Positions 47,488 through 57,500 of a stretch of 64,000 bases of DNA are shown one piece after another (positions within the stretch are counted from its first letter, which is position 1; every line of letters starts with the position of its first letter). Both the position numbers and the translations under genes were made by a program. This stretch comes from Deinococcota bacterium. Its GTDB lineage: Bacteria; Deinococcota; Deinococci; Deinococcales; Thermaceae. The DNA lies in assembly GCA_041695225.1 (NCBI GenBank), contig JBGFRI010000003.1, positions 64,001 through 128,000 on the forward strand. Direction: 5' to 3'. The notes beneath the pieces were generated by a model. That model made no database searches. It was given only the letters and a program-made list of their open reading frames with translations, and had not been told where the DNA came from.

Positions 47488-48744
47488 ATGATACAGATTC
47501 GGTACGGCCCCAGCGGGCCAGTTCTTCGGCTCAAAGACCAGGATCTCGGCCCGGTCTGGAAACCAGAGCGGAAAAAGGTTCCCCGCCTCAGCGAGAATGA
47601 GCTTTTCGAGCTAGCTAGTTGGGGTGAGCGGGCCTGGCCCTGGCGCAAGCTAGAGCTGCACCAGCTCTATTTTTTGGCCCGTGGTAGGGAATGCCCGGCC
47701 GAGTACGTGGATATTGGAGCTGCGTTGGGCCGTGATGGGAGCCAGCTCTACCTGCTGGGCCGGCCGATCAACGCTGCTGAGGCCCTGGACTGCTGGCCGG
47801 CAACCCAGCTGGGCATGGAGGAGCCGGGGGAAGTCTACAACCGCCTTCTCTACCAGAAGATGTACGGCTCTGACTGGGGAAAAAACTGGCGCATAGAGAA
47901 TCTGGGAGATCTGGTGATCTCCACCGGCCCGCACAATGCCCGGCTGAACACCCCTCGGGGTGATCTGCTGTTCAGCGGGTATGAGGACACACTGCCCAGG
48001 CCAGCATTGCAAAAGTGGTTGAAGACCACCGATTGGGGGCGGCTACAGATGCTTTCTAAGTACCTGTTTAGCCGCTTGCTGGCCTGGAAGCTCCAGCCGA
48101 GCTTCCGAGTTACGGATACCACCGAAAGCATTAACTTCTGGTGGGAAGGCCAGGAGCCCCGGGTCCTGGTAACCAGGTCGGAAGGAGACTGCTGGTTACT
48201 CACTCCTGCCCGGGCAGACCGGCTCAGCTGGAAGAACCTGCCCCGCCTTCTGGCCGACGGACTGCTGGCGCCCCACAATCCCACTGCCCCTTTCTGGGTG
48301 CAGGCGGTAAGTGGGCTGGAGCTCGAGCCTCTCTTCCTTGCCCGGGCCAGGCAGGCCTGGCTACTTCCAGAGGCCCTCTGCCTGCAACAGGACTCCAACT
48401 TCCATTTTATGGAACCTGGAATAGCGGGAACCTGGGTAGCCATGGAGGCTGGCCTCGAGCGGGGCTTCCTGCCCCGGTTTGTAGAGGAAGCGGGGATGAC
48501 TCCTACCAGCATGAGCCGCTGCTTCGACTTCAGCGAGGGGTACTACCTGGGGCAGGTACATGACGCGGAAATACATCTAAACTATGACCGCACCACCGGG
48601 GAAGAAGAGACGGAGCTTTGGATCTACCAGCAGGGTGCGTGGAAAAGGCCCCCGCTAAGAGGCAAGGCACAGGAGATCCTGGCCAGGCTGGAGCAGGAGG
48701 GCCTGGAAAAGATGCTGGCTATATATCAGCTGGTCAGCATTTAG
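47488..48744 (+). CDS. ~400-aa paralog family, copy 8
   Basis: LHQLYF, LYLLG, AWKLQP, GLLAPHNPT..WVQAVSG, GLEKMLAIYQL. Confidence 0.85.
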   Translation: MIQIRYGPSGPVLRLKDQDLGPVWKPERKKVPRLSENELFELASWGERAWPWRKLELHQLYFLARGRECPAEYVDIGAALGRDGSQLYLLGRPINAAEALDCWPATQLGMEEPGEVYNRLLYQKMYGSDWGKNWRIENLGDLVISTGPHNARLNTPRGDLLFSGYEDTLPRPALQKWLKTTDWGRLQMLSKYLFSRLLAWKLQPSFRVTDTTESINFWWEGQEPRVLVTRSEGDCWLLTPARADRLSWKNLPRLLADGLLAPHNPTAPFWVQAVSGLELEPLFLARARQAWLLPEALCLQQDSNFHFMEPGIAGTWVAMEAGLERGFLPRFVEEAGMTPTSMSRCFDFSEGYYLGQVHDAEIHLNYDRTTGEEETELWIYQQGAWKRPPLRGKAQEILARLEQEGLEKMLAIYQLVSI

Positions 48745-48875
48745 CCACAAGCCACAGGCGATATACAGGGGAGGCCATCTCCCCTGTGTTTTTCTTGTGC
48801 TTTTCCTACAAAAAACAGATCCTTGCTAGCCTGCTGCTCGCGCATCATATATAATCAATCGTGATAGGAGGAGTT

Positions 48876-49400
48876 ATGAAGAAAAAGGAAGTAATCATTG
48901 GATTGGACCCGAACCAGTTTGGGGCCTACGGGGTCGCCTTCACGGAAGGGGACCACCGGGTCTACCCCTTCCGGCTGTCCCAGCAGCCCCAACAGCCGGG
49001 GGACTACCACATCGACTACCTGGTGCGGCTGCTGGCCCGCACCTCGGTGGTCGGGATAGAGGTCATTGAGGGCCTCGAGGAGCATCTGGCCAAGCGGGAC
49101 TACCAGATGCTGCTCCAGGCGCAGGTAATGGCCGAGTCCCTCGCCGACATCTGCGAGGAAGCCGGGGTAGAGGTACGCCGCTACTCCGGCCGCTGGCCAG
49201 CCCGGGTGGGGCTGGAGGAGATCCGTCAGGGCCAGGGGGCCTGGATGCAGCTTCTGCTGCATCGGCCCTGGGTATCCAAGGGCTATCTCCAAAAAAGCCT
49301 GGGTAAACAGTTCCGGCCGATGCTCCCGATGACGGAGCATCACTGGGACGCCTTGGGGCTGGCCGCCCTGGCCCAGCGCGAGACCGAGAGGTACAGGTAG
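48876..49400 (+). CDS. RuvC-like nuclease, copy 3
   Basis: IIGLDP ... VGIEV ... HHWDALGLA; GATAGGAGG leader. Confidence 0.7.
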   Translation: MKKKEVIIGLDPNQFGAYGVAFTEGDHRVYPFRLSQQPQQPGDYHIDYLVRLLARTSVVGIEVIEGLEEHLAKRDYQMLLQAQVMAESLADICEEAGVEVRRYSGRWPARVGLEEIRQGQGAWMQLLLHRPWVSKGYLQKSLGKQFRPMLPMTEHHWDALGLAALAQRETERYR

Positions 49401-49478
49401 ATCGGGAGGCCGGGTAATCCCCGGCCTCTCACACTTGTGCAACCAGATGTCCTGCAAGCCGCTATAATCATTCCTGCT

Positions 49479-49757
49479 ATGACCAGCACGCACCAGTATT
49501 CTGGAAGCCTCTGGACGCGCCTGCCCGAGAGTCTGGCCTGTGTACTGCCCCTTGATACCAGGAAGTGGGAGGCGGTTGCCGAACTGTCGCCGGCTGAACA
49601 GCTATACTGGCTGGGTATTGAAGATGTAATCCTGGAGGTGGTTAGCCGTCAGGGCAAGGTACTGGGAATAGGCCCGTTGATACTCTCTTTGACTCTGTTA
49701 CCTCAGCTCAACCAGGACGAGGCTTATTTCCGCCAGCACGGTGGAGTACAGGCCTGA
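49479..49757 (+). CDS. Hypothetical protein
   Basis: TATAAT shortly upstream of the ATG; 92 aa. Confidence 0.45.
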   Translation: MTSTHQYSGSLWTRLPESLACVLPLDTRKWEAVAELSPAEQLYWLGIEDVILEVVSRQGKVLGIGPLILSLTLLPQLNQDEAYFRQHGGVQA

Positions 49758-49799
49758 GCAGGGACAGGCTTCTCGCTCCCATTCGTAATACTTGGGGAA

Positions 49800-50678
49800 T
49801 CAGGCCAGCTGTTCCAGTAGGCCCCGCCGTACCAGCCGGGCATCGCCCAGATAACGGCCCAGCAGCTGCTCGAGCCCCGCTACCGGGTGCAGGCTCTGGG
49901 GGGCCCGGGGGTCTCTGCCAGGAGTGGTGGCCGTGAGACAGAACAGGCTGACCGAGAGGTCTGCCAGGGTTGTGGGCAGTTCCGGACCAGCAGGAGTTTC
50001 TACTCGCAGCAATCCCGTACCAGGGGCAAAGATCGAAGGCAGGGGAAGCCGCACATACCAGGAGTGGGAGGCCTCAAGCAGGAAGATAGGTGTACGTTCC
50101 CCAGCTTGCAGCTTATTTAGCAAAGGCAGGGCCTCCGGGGGCAGATACCGGACGGCCTGGGCTTTGGTATATCCCAGCACTCCCGGCCGGTGGGCCCGGG
50201 TCAGCTGTCCATCGGCCACTACCAGGCCCTCCGGCAGGCGCTCGATCAGCGCGGCCTCCTGTCTGCGTAAAAGGGCGGTCAGAGCAGCAGGCATCTGCTC
50301 TGGAGACATCTCCGGCAGAGGTACCGGGGTGTAGCCCGGCGCTGCTGGGGCGGTCAGGCTGTTGTGCAACAGCAACCGGTGAATCACAGGAGTCTCCCAG
50401 AGGCGCAAACCTTCTGCGTCACGCACCAGGGCCCCCACCACCAGACTGGCCAGGAGGCCGGCCTCCCCGCCGGTTCCCCACACCCGGGCCTCTATCCGCA
50501 GCCGCCCATCCACGAAGTACAGCAGGGGCCAGTCCTCAGGGGCTACAGGCGGGGGCCGCCGGGCCTCCCAGGAACCTTCCAGGCCCAACACGGCAGGACA
50601 GGCCGCCTCGACAGACTCATCCAGTGCGGCCCGGCTGGGTAGCCGGTAGTCAGGATTCCAGGAATCAAGCTGCCACAT
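49800..50678 (-). CDS. nurA: NurA-like nuclease
   Basis: FVDG, ADG, YTK, GERTP, RAPQ.L.PV..LE..L. Confidence 0.8.
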   Translation of the reverse strand: MWQLDSWNPDYRLPSRAALDESVEAACPAVLGLEGSWEARRPPPVAPEDWPLLYFVDGRLRIEARVWGTGGEAGLLASLVVGALVRDAEGLRLWETPVIHRLLLHNSLTAPAAPGYTPVPLPEMSPEQMPAALTALLRRQEAALIERLPEGLVVADGQLTRAHRPGVLGYTKAQAVRYLPPEALPLLNKLQAGERTPIFLLEASHSWYVRLPLPSIFAPGTGLLRVETPAGPELPTTLADLSVSLFCLTATTPGRDPRAPQSLHPVAGLEQLLGRYLGDARLVRRGLLEQLA

Positions 50679-50909
50679 ATCTTACCTGTGCTTTTTGCCG
50701 TGCTTCTTGCGTCCCAGGTACCGGGCCGTCTGGCCTTCCTCTACCAGCAGCTCCTGAATCAAGTAATGCCCTTTGGTACCGATCGGAATACGCCGGGTTA
50801 ACTGCATCCACTGACCCTTTTTCCCTGCACACTGCCAGCTCATAGCTAACTGTATTATATATCAGACAGTGATAGGAGTACAGAGGCAAGCATAACTCCA
50901 TGCTCAACT

Positions 50910-53900
50910 TCAGGATAAAGGCGGCAGTCCCTTTACAATCGCCTCAGTTCGCAAACTTACGGTCACTAAGCGCCGGATAAGATCCACAATGTAGCGAGGG
51001 TTGCCTGCCTCACGGCACCACTCGTTGGGGTCACTCACAATTCCGCTGTCTTTGTCTTCTGAGATCGAGTACCGCTCCATTGCCCATTCGATGGCGCTCT
51101 TACCATTCACAACGTACTGGTATGCCGCAAGCGGAATGTCGCGTAGCGTGAGATTCTGGTTGTAGACGATAACGGTCTTGTCCACTTTACCGTCTGCACC
51201 TTTCCCAAAGGCGATCTTTCTGACACGGTAGAACTGCCAGGGCTCAAGCTCAAGGATCCTTGCCTCCTCAGTAAGTGGATAAGGCTCTACCGTTTCGTAA
51301 TTGAGGTGCAGGTGTCCTAAATCCTTTCCAGCCCGACTGAAAGCCCAGAAGTCCGTAGCGAAAGGTACACGGGGCAGCATCTTCTTGAGGTTTGCTGCAA
51401 AGCGACTGCGGTAGTCCGGCGAGTGCAGGATGCCATATACATACCAGAAGATGTCCTCTTTGGTAATGGTGCCATCGGCATAATGCTTGCGGAACTCCTC
51501 GAGCGCCCAGTCAGTTATAGCCTCACGCCGAATATAGCCGTTAGTATCCGGCGGGGCGCTGTCAGCAAGTATTTCTTGTTGGGGAGATGAGGTGTTGTCA
51601 ATTTTGTCATACCAGTAAAGGGGAAAGCACTGGCCAGTATCGTGAAGGTGGAGATTAGGTACACAATCGCTCACCAGCGCTGAAAACGGCCTCGCTGCTC
51701 CGACGCCGGTGACAGAAATTACGATGTTGTGATGCCTGGGCGTTGGGAAGAGCTTGGGTTGTTTTAGAATCCTCTCAATGAAACTTCTGTTGAAGTACAA
51801 CCATTGCTTGACAAAAGGCCGGTACATCCCAGTTACAATGGAAGTCTCTTCAAACTTATACTTTTTACTGCGCTTAAGGTCTTCCTTAAGGTTAACCGTC
51901 CAGCTAATGCGTTTTGGGTCTGAATCTATTACTTCCTCAACACTTGGCCACTGCTCCCTGGGTTTAGACTCGCAGGCCCTGGCGTAGCGCTCCTGTTCTT
52001 CGTTGTAGACGCCGATCATGCGACGCATATTAGCTTCCAGCGCCTGACGACCCATGTTGTAAGCCCAGGCGTCTCGACCCGTTGATACACCAAGCGAGTA
52101 AACCCCGAAGATCGTCTTTGCTTCCTCATCTTCCTTATTGCCCAGGGGAATAAAGGTTTCAAACTCAGGATCGCGCTGGTTGATCCAGTCTGCTTCTGCA
52201 TTTGGTTGCAGGCGCTGCCAGGGGATAGCATCAATACTGGCAAACCGTCCGATCAGGGTAAGCTTCTCTTCCTGCGTCAGGTAGTCACCGATGTCATGGT
52301 AGTAAAGCTCCCCAGGGCCCTGGTGCCTGGGATCCTTGACCATGATTGTGATGACTACGGGTGTGCGGGAGCCTGAGCCAAATATTTTACTGCCCTCTCG
52401 CTTTGATTCCTCGCCAGATGTGCGTTGATTACCCCTCAGATTGAACACATAAAGCTGGCTGTGCTCTTCCACCAGACACTTACGCAGCCCGTCCATGTTT
52501 CTGGCGTCCAGAAAGGATCCATTGGTGACAAATGCCACGACGCCGCGTTCGCCTATGCGATCCGATGCCCAGCGGATGGCGCGGATGTAGGAATCGTATA
52601 GATTCTTGAGCAGTTTTGCGTTTGATTGCGCTGCATAGGTCTCGCGGATGCGAGTGTCCAGCTCGGGATAGGAGAGATTCCGGTTATTGTCGTTCTGACT
52701 TTCCTGTTGCGCCGAATAAGGCGGATTCCCCACGATCACCCGGATGGGCTGCGCCAGCTGTCGCTCAACTCGAGCGTTGTTCTCTGGAAGAATGATACGG
52801 TCAATGAGATCGCCTTTCTCGGTCATCTGGAAGGTATCGGTGAGCACCATCCCTTCAAACGGGAGGTACTCACCGGTTGCTCCGTGGTAGGCCGTCTCGA
52901 TGTTGACTGTGGCGATATAGTAGGCCAGGAGCACAATCTCGTTGGCATGTATCTCCGTCAGGTATTTCTCAGGGAGCTTATCCCTGGGAATGAGCCCCAG
53001 CTGTAGGAGCCGCACAAAGAATGTGCCGGTGCCTGCAAATGGATCAAGGATCTGTACGCCGGGCGAACCGAGACTTTCGCCAAAGTGCTTTCTGAGGGCT
53101 GCGTCAGCGCTTTTCAGGATATAGTCAACTACCTCGATGGGAGTGTAAACGATTCCCAACCGCTCTGACATCTTTGGGAATGCGGTATTGAAAAAGGTGT
53201 CGTAGAGATTGCGGATGATCTCCTGCTTTGACTTATCGCTCCTGGCCAGGCTGATCCGCTCGCGCACGTTCTGATAGAACTTCTCCAGGCCCTCAGTCTC
53301 AGACGCCACGGCAGCGGCATCGAGCTTTTCCACCATACGCTGCAACGCCTTGCCGACGGCGTTGTTTTCCGGGAAGTTGGTCTCAGCAAACAGGGCCTGG
53401 AAGACTGGCAGCGTCAGGATATGCTGCACCAGCATCTCAATGGCCTCTTCCCGCGTAACAGCCGGGTTGAGGGTCTCCTGAAGGCCCTTGAGGAACCTGG
53501 CAAGCTCTTCTGCCACCACTGGACTGGCCTGGATGAGCGTCGTGATCCGTGCAGTGAGAGTGTTAGCCACCCTGGCGATGTCTTTAGCCCAGTCTGCCCA
53601 GTATTCGCGGTCTCCCAGCTTCTTGGGAATTGCGGCATAGACCGCTTCGTTAATGGCTTCAATCGGCAAAAACGGAATTTCAAGCGGCAGCTCGCCTTGT
53701 TCTGACGTTTCCCAGCCTTCTTTTTTTCTACCGGGATCAGAGATAACCGTTATCCTCCGTCGAAACTCCGCCTCGTCCACCAGGCGTTCGTCGTGTGCCC
53801 GAAGCGCTTTGATAACCTGCCAGATGCCTTTGAACTGCGGGTCATTCTCAATATAGTCGTTATAGTTCGTGACCTTTTCTGACGGGATACATACCGGTAG

Positions 53901-55718
53901 CACGATATACCCGTACTGCTTCCCAGGTGCCATACGCATTACACGCCCCACCGACTGAACAATGTCAACAATGGAGTCGCGGGTATCGAAAAACACCACC
54001 GCATCAAGCGCGGGAACATCAATGCCCTCAGAAAGGCAGCGGGCATTGGAAAGAATCCGGCACTCTCCATCCTCCGGTCCCCCTTTGAGCCAGCCGAGCG
54101 CTTCCTGGCGCTGGAGGGCATTCATGGTTCCGTCAACGTGCTGTAGACGCACACTGACCATATCCGATTGATCTGCACTGTCCAGATGTCCTTCCTGGTA
54201 GCGTTCCACCAGGCTGGTGAAGATCTCTGTAACCAGCTGAGAATCCTTGATGGAGCGTGAGAATGCTATCGCACGGCGCATGGGCTGGAGGTCGTCTTTC
54301 GCCTCCTCCTCCCCATCCTCACCAATCAGCACCAGGCCACGTTTGGAGAGTCCTTTCCAACTACCGATGATTTTGGTGGCGAACGCAACATTAATTGCCT
54401 TCTTGTTGTTTACTTTGAATGCCTTGTTGAAATTATTTGCCAGGGCCGCCATCTCTGCCTCTCGCACTGCGACGATGAGTACCTTGTACTCAGCAAGAAG
54501 ACCGAGCGATGCGGCCTTGTCAAAACCAAGCCGGTAGAATTCGCTGCCGTAAGTCTCCTCATCGTCCATTGAGTACAGCACTGCTTCGTGGCGGCTGGCC
54601 TTGGTCTTGGAGGCTTCCCCGAAGATCCGGGGGGTGGCAGTCATATAAACTCGTTTTCTGCCCCGCACAATGATGTTATCGTGTACCTTAACGAATTCCG
54701 AGGGATCCTCTCCAGGTAGGGTAAGTCCAGTAGTGCGGTGTCCTTCGTCGCAGATGATGAGATCAAACTCTGGTAGACCCATGTTCTGGGCATCGGCTAT
54801 GACTTGAATGGACTGATAGGTGGAAAACACCACCGTGCGGCGGTCTGGGGATACCATCGCCATGTGGCTAGCAAGTCTGTCTGGATCAGTCGTTGCCGGG
54901 TAAGCAAGGTCTCGAGTACTGATGTCTTCCTCATCGCGCCCAACTTTGCTATCCGAACAGACGGCAAAAGCATGAACCGGCTCTTCGGCTTCACCAGTCC
55001 ACTCCCGTAAGGTTTGCGCTACCAGGGAGATCGAGGGAGCGAGGAAGAGAATCCGTCCACCCTGGGGAACTATACGCTCGGCAAGACGCAAAGAGGTAAG
55101 CGTTTTGCCGGTTCCACAGGCCATGATAAGCTTTCCGCGCTCCGCGTTGCCAAGTCCAGTGAGAACTGCTTTAACCGCTTCTTCCTGGTGGGGGCGTAAA
55201 ACTTTCCTTTTCCTCAGTTGGAGGGTCTCGAGGTTTTCGAGACTGAACACACCCCAGTCAATTGGGCTCTCGGCAAGATCCTTAACCCAAAGCCGCATAA
55301 CTGGAATCGTCTGGTCTACAAGTGCTTCCTCTGCGTGCTTACTCCACCTATCGGTCGTGGAGACGATAAGGCGATAACTGAACCCGCGCTCGCCTTCCTC
55401 GGTTTGGAAGTGTTTGCCCGATGTAGTAAAAAACGAGTCAATATCTGCCTTTTGAACGGTATGGGTAGAGTCGAAAAACTTGCACTGTACTGCCCAGTAA
55501 TCGCCGGTAGCACGTTCGCGGGCAATAAGGTCAATACCTGTATCGTGTGGCGTCCAGCGCCCCGGCCACTCGGGCCACAGCCAAACGTTCGAGAGACGAG
55601 TAGCGTACTGGGGATCTGTGAGTAGAAACTTCTGGATCAATCGCTCAAAGAGCGTACCCTTGTCGCGGTTAGTACGAGCGTAGGAGGAGAACTGAGTCAG
55701 GAGATCTTCAAAAGTCAC
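50910..55718 (-). CDS. Type ISP restriction-modification enzyme (Mrr-like nuclease + SF2 helicase + N6 methyltransferase + TRD)
   Basis: GIDL..VQCK, MACGTGKT, CDEGH, EGIDVP, ILDPFAGTG, GNPPY; 1602 aa. Confidence 0.93.
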   Translation of the reverse strand: MTFEDLLTQFSSYARTNRDKGTLFERLIQKFLLTDPQYATRLSNVWLWPEWPGRWTPHDTGIDLIARERATGDYWAVQCKFFDSTHTVQKADIDSFFTTSGKHFQTEEGERGFSYRLIVSTTDRWSKHAEEALVDQTIPVMRLWVKDLAESPIDWGVFSLENLETLQLRKRKVLRPHQEEAVKAVLTGLGNAERGKLIMACGTGKTLTSLRLAERIVPQGGRILFLAPSISLVAQTLREWTGEAEEPVHAFAVCSDSKVGRDEEDISTRDLAYPATTDPDRLASHMAMVSPDRRTVVFSTYQSIQVIADAQNMGLPEFDLIICDEGHRTTGLTLPGEDPSEFVKVHDNIIVRGRKRVYMTATPRIFGEASKTKASRHEAVLYSMDDEETYGSEFYRLGFDKAASLGLLAEYKVLIVAVREAEMAALANNFNKAFKVNNKKAINVAFATKIIGSWKGLSKRGLVLIGEDGEEEAKDDLQPMRRAIAFSRSIKDSQLVTEIFTSLVERYQEGHLDSADQSDMVSVRLQHVDGTMNALQRQEALGWLKGGPEDGECRILSNARCLSEGIDVPALDAVVFFDTRDSIVDIVQSVGRVMRMAPGKQYGYIVLPVCIPSEKVTNYNDYIENDPQFKGIWQVIKALRAHDERLVDEAEFRRRITVISDPGRKKEGWETSEQGELPLEIPFLPIEAINEAVYAAIPKKLGDREYWADWAKDIARVANTLTARITTLIQASPVVAEELARFLKGLQETLNPAVTREEAIEMLVQHILTLPVFQALFAETNFPENNAVGKALQRMVEKLDAAAVASETEGLEKFYQNVRERISLARSDKSKQEIIRNLYDTFFNTAFPKMSERLGIVYTPIEVVDYILKSADAALRKHFGESLGSPGVQILDPFAGTGTFFVRLLQLGLIPRDKLPEKYLTEIHANEIVLLAYYIATVNIETAYHGATGEYLPFEGMVLTDTFQMTEKGDLIDRIILPENNARVERQLAQPIRVIVGNPPYSAQQESQNDNNRNLSYPELDTRIRETYAAQSNAKLLKNLYDSYIRAIRWASDRIGERGVVAFVTNGSFLDARNMDGLRKCLVEEHSQLYVFNLRGNQRTSGEESKREGSKIFGSGSRTPVVITIMVKDPRHQGPGELYYHDIGDYLTQEEKLTLIGRFASIDAIPWQRLQPNAEADWINQRDPEFETFIPLGNKEDEEAKTIFGVYSLGVSTGRDAWAYNMGRQALEANMRRMIGVYNEEQERYARACESKPREQWPSVEEVIDSDPKRISWTVNLKEDLKRSKKYKFEETSIVTGMYRPFVKQWLYFNRSFIERILKQPKLFPTPRHHNIVISVTGVGAARPFSALVSDCVPNLHLHDTGQCFPLYWYDKIDNTSSPQQEILADSAPPDTNGYIRREAITDWALEEFRKHYADGTITKEDIFWYVYGILHSPDYRSRFAANLKKMLPRVPFATDFWAFSRAGKDLGHLHLNYETVEPYPLTEEARILELEPWQFYRVRKIAFGKGADGKVDKTVIVYNQNLTLRDIPLAAYQYVVNGKSAIEWAMERYSISEDKDSGIVSDPNEWCREAGNPRYIVDLIRRLVTVSLRTEAIVKGLPPLS

Positions 55719-55825
55719 GGTTACGCCTCCTTACCAGACCGGGTTAAGACTCCTCAGCTTGGTGAGTATTGCAGCAGGCAATGGTTTAATTAATGTCCTG
55801 TTTACCATAGTTTTCCTTAATCGTG

Positions 55826-56992
55826 CTAAACCTCCACCGGACTATTTTCTCGCAAGCGGTGAGCCCGCTCAAGCGCTTCCAGAGCCCCCCGATCCCCCAG
55901 AGCATAGCGGGCGGCTTGCTGGAGTACATAGTAGTCCAGGAGCATCCCTTCAATGAACAAGCTTGGCAGGCTGCCATCGCGGGCCTCCTGAATTAGCCTG
56001 CGGTACTTCTCAAAGTCATACTGAGCAACGCTCTTACCCTCAAAGCCCAGCAGGATAGGCTCCGGTTGCTGTCCCTGCAACAAAGTATCAACTGCGCTGG
56101 AAAGATCGTTGTAAACCGCAAACTTACCCTTGCCCCGCACCTCCAGCGCCATACTGAAAACCGGCCGGCCCAGACGGCGCCTGTTGGGTACATCGGGCCG
56201 ACCAATCAGAGGCCATAAGACCGGGTTCTCCAGTACATCCCGCAGGGTGCGTCCATGTACGGTCACAATGCCTTTGATGCCACGCTTACCAATAGTCTCT
56301 ACAATAGCCACATCCTCGGGGTAGCCCACCTCATCACCAATAATGACCTGGGGACCGTGGTTAGCCAAAGCCTCCAGGTAGGTGCGGGCCAGCATGGCCT
56401 GGAAGGTTTCCCCGATAGCATAGTCCGGTGTGGGTACTTGCAGGCGGCGGGCATTGCCCAGGGTAGGGTGGGGAATCAGACCCTCGCCCCCAATCTCATT
56501 GGAGGTATCCACCACCACCACCTTAGGACCAATCTGCAGGGCATACTGACGTACCACATCTCGCAGCAAGGTAGTTTTCCCTACTCCCGGCGGACCGATA
56601 ATCAGCACCCCATCCCCCTGCAACAGGTAGGGCATCACCGGATCAGCCACCCCCTCCACCACCCGGGCCAGCCGGATGGTCAGTCCAGCCAGGCTCTTGT
56701 AACGGTCTTTGATCGCGCTGATGCGGTGCAGGGTACCACCTATACCCACCCGGCCATCCTCGCGGAAACTAACCTGGTAGCGGCTAGATAGCTTGGCCTG
56801 GATATTGGCCAGATCAGCCTCACTGAAAAGCTGGCTGCCCACCTGCGCCGGCGGTACACCACACCAGTAGCCGGGGATGCGCCCGATGTCCAGGGCGATC
56901 TCCTCCAGATTACTCTTGAGCGCCCGGCTTTCTGCCGCTATCCAGTCTGGCAAAACCTCCAGGATGCGCTCCAGCTGGTCAATGGGCACCAT
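55826..56992 (-). CDS. SpoIIIAA/Ycf45-like AAA ATPase
   Basis: TLHRIS, GPPGVGKTTLLRD, VDTSNEIGG, IIGDE, TVHG. Confidence 0.85.
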   Translation of the reverse strand: MVPIDQLERILEVLPDWIAAESRALKSNLEEIALDIGRIPGYWCGVPPAQVGSQLFSEADLANIQAKLSSRYQVSFREDGRVGIGGTLHRISAIKDRYKSLAGLTIRLARVVEGVADPVMPYLLQGDGVLIIGPPGVGKTTLLRDVVRQYALQIGPKVVVVDTSNEIGGEGLIPHPTLGNARRLQVPTPDYAIGETFQAMLARTYLEALANHGPQVIIGDEVGYPEDVAIVETIGKRGIKGIVTVHGRTLRDVLENPVLWPLIGRPDVPNRRRLGRPVFSMALEVRGKGKFAVYNDLSSAVDTLLQGQQPEPILLGFEGKSVAQYDFEKYRRLIQEARDGSLPSLFIEGMLLDYYVLQQAARYALGDRGALEALERAHRLRENSPVEV

Positions 56993-57005
56993 GCTGGTAC
57001 CTGTT

Positions 57006-57185
57006 CTAGTCCTCCAGCGCGGTAGCCTTGCGCAGCTTGATCAGCTCACTGGCAATGATAGCCAGCAGAATCGTAGAGATACCCTGTACCGGGCGCTCGG
57101 TCACGATCCAGATCAGACCCAGGCCCATACTCAGGTAGTAGGTAACCAGGAACAGCTTGCTTTGAATCTTACGCAGAATCTCCAT
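57006..57185 (-). CDS. Small membrane protein
   Basis: GGAGG RBS; two hydrophobic segments. Confidence 0.55.
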   Translation of the reverse strand: MEILRKIQSKLFLVTYYLSMGLGLIWIVTERPVQGISTILLAIIASELIKLRKATALED

Positions 57186-57339
57186 CAGTTGCCTCCGCAG
57201 AAAGATAGAGATTCTCTTGTGCATTGCAAGGATTTAAGCAGTAGATAGTGCCAGGCGTACATGTCTGCATTGTAAGCGAGGCTGAGAAGGCTCGCGGACA
57301 AACATGAGAGGATGGGGGCAGAAGACCAGGAAGGCGAAA

Positions 57340-57372
57340 TCTTACACCCATAAATTTGCTATGGGTGTAAGA
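57340..57372. promoter_or_regulatory. 33-bp palindromic site, copy 2
   Basis: TCTTACACCCA-TAAATTTGCTA-TGGGTGTAAGA. Confidence 0.75.
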
Positions 57373-57500
57373 AGCTCCGGCGGACTGAGCCCTACACCAC
57401 TTTGTTGGCGAGCTAAGCTCGACATCTGATGAGGAGCGGCATTTCTGCCAATGTCCAAATGAGGAAGCCCCACCGAAGTGGGGCTGGGTGCTGCCTGTGC

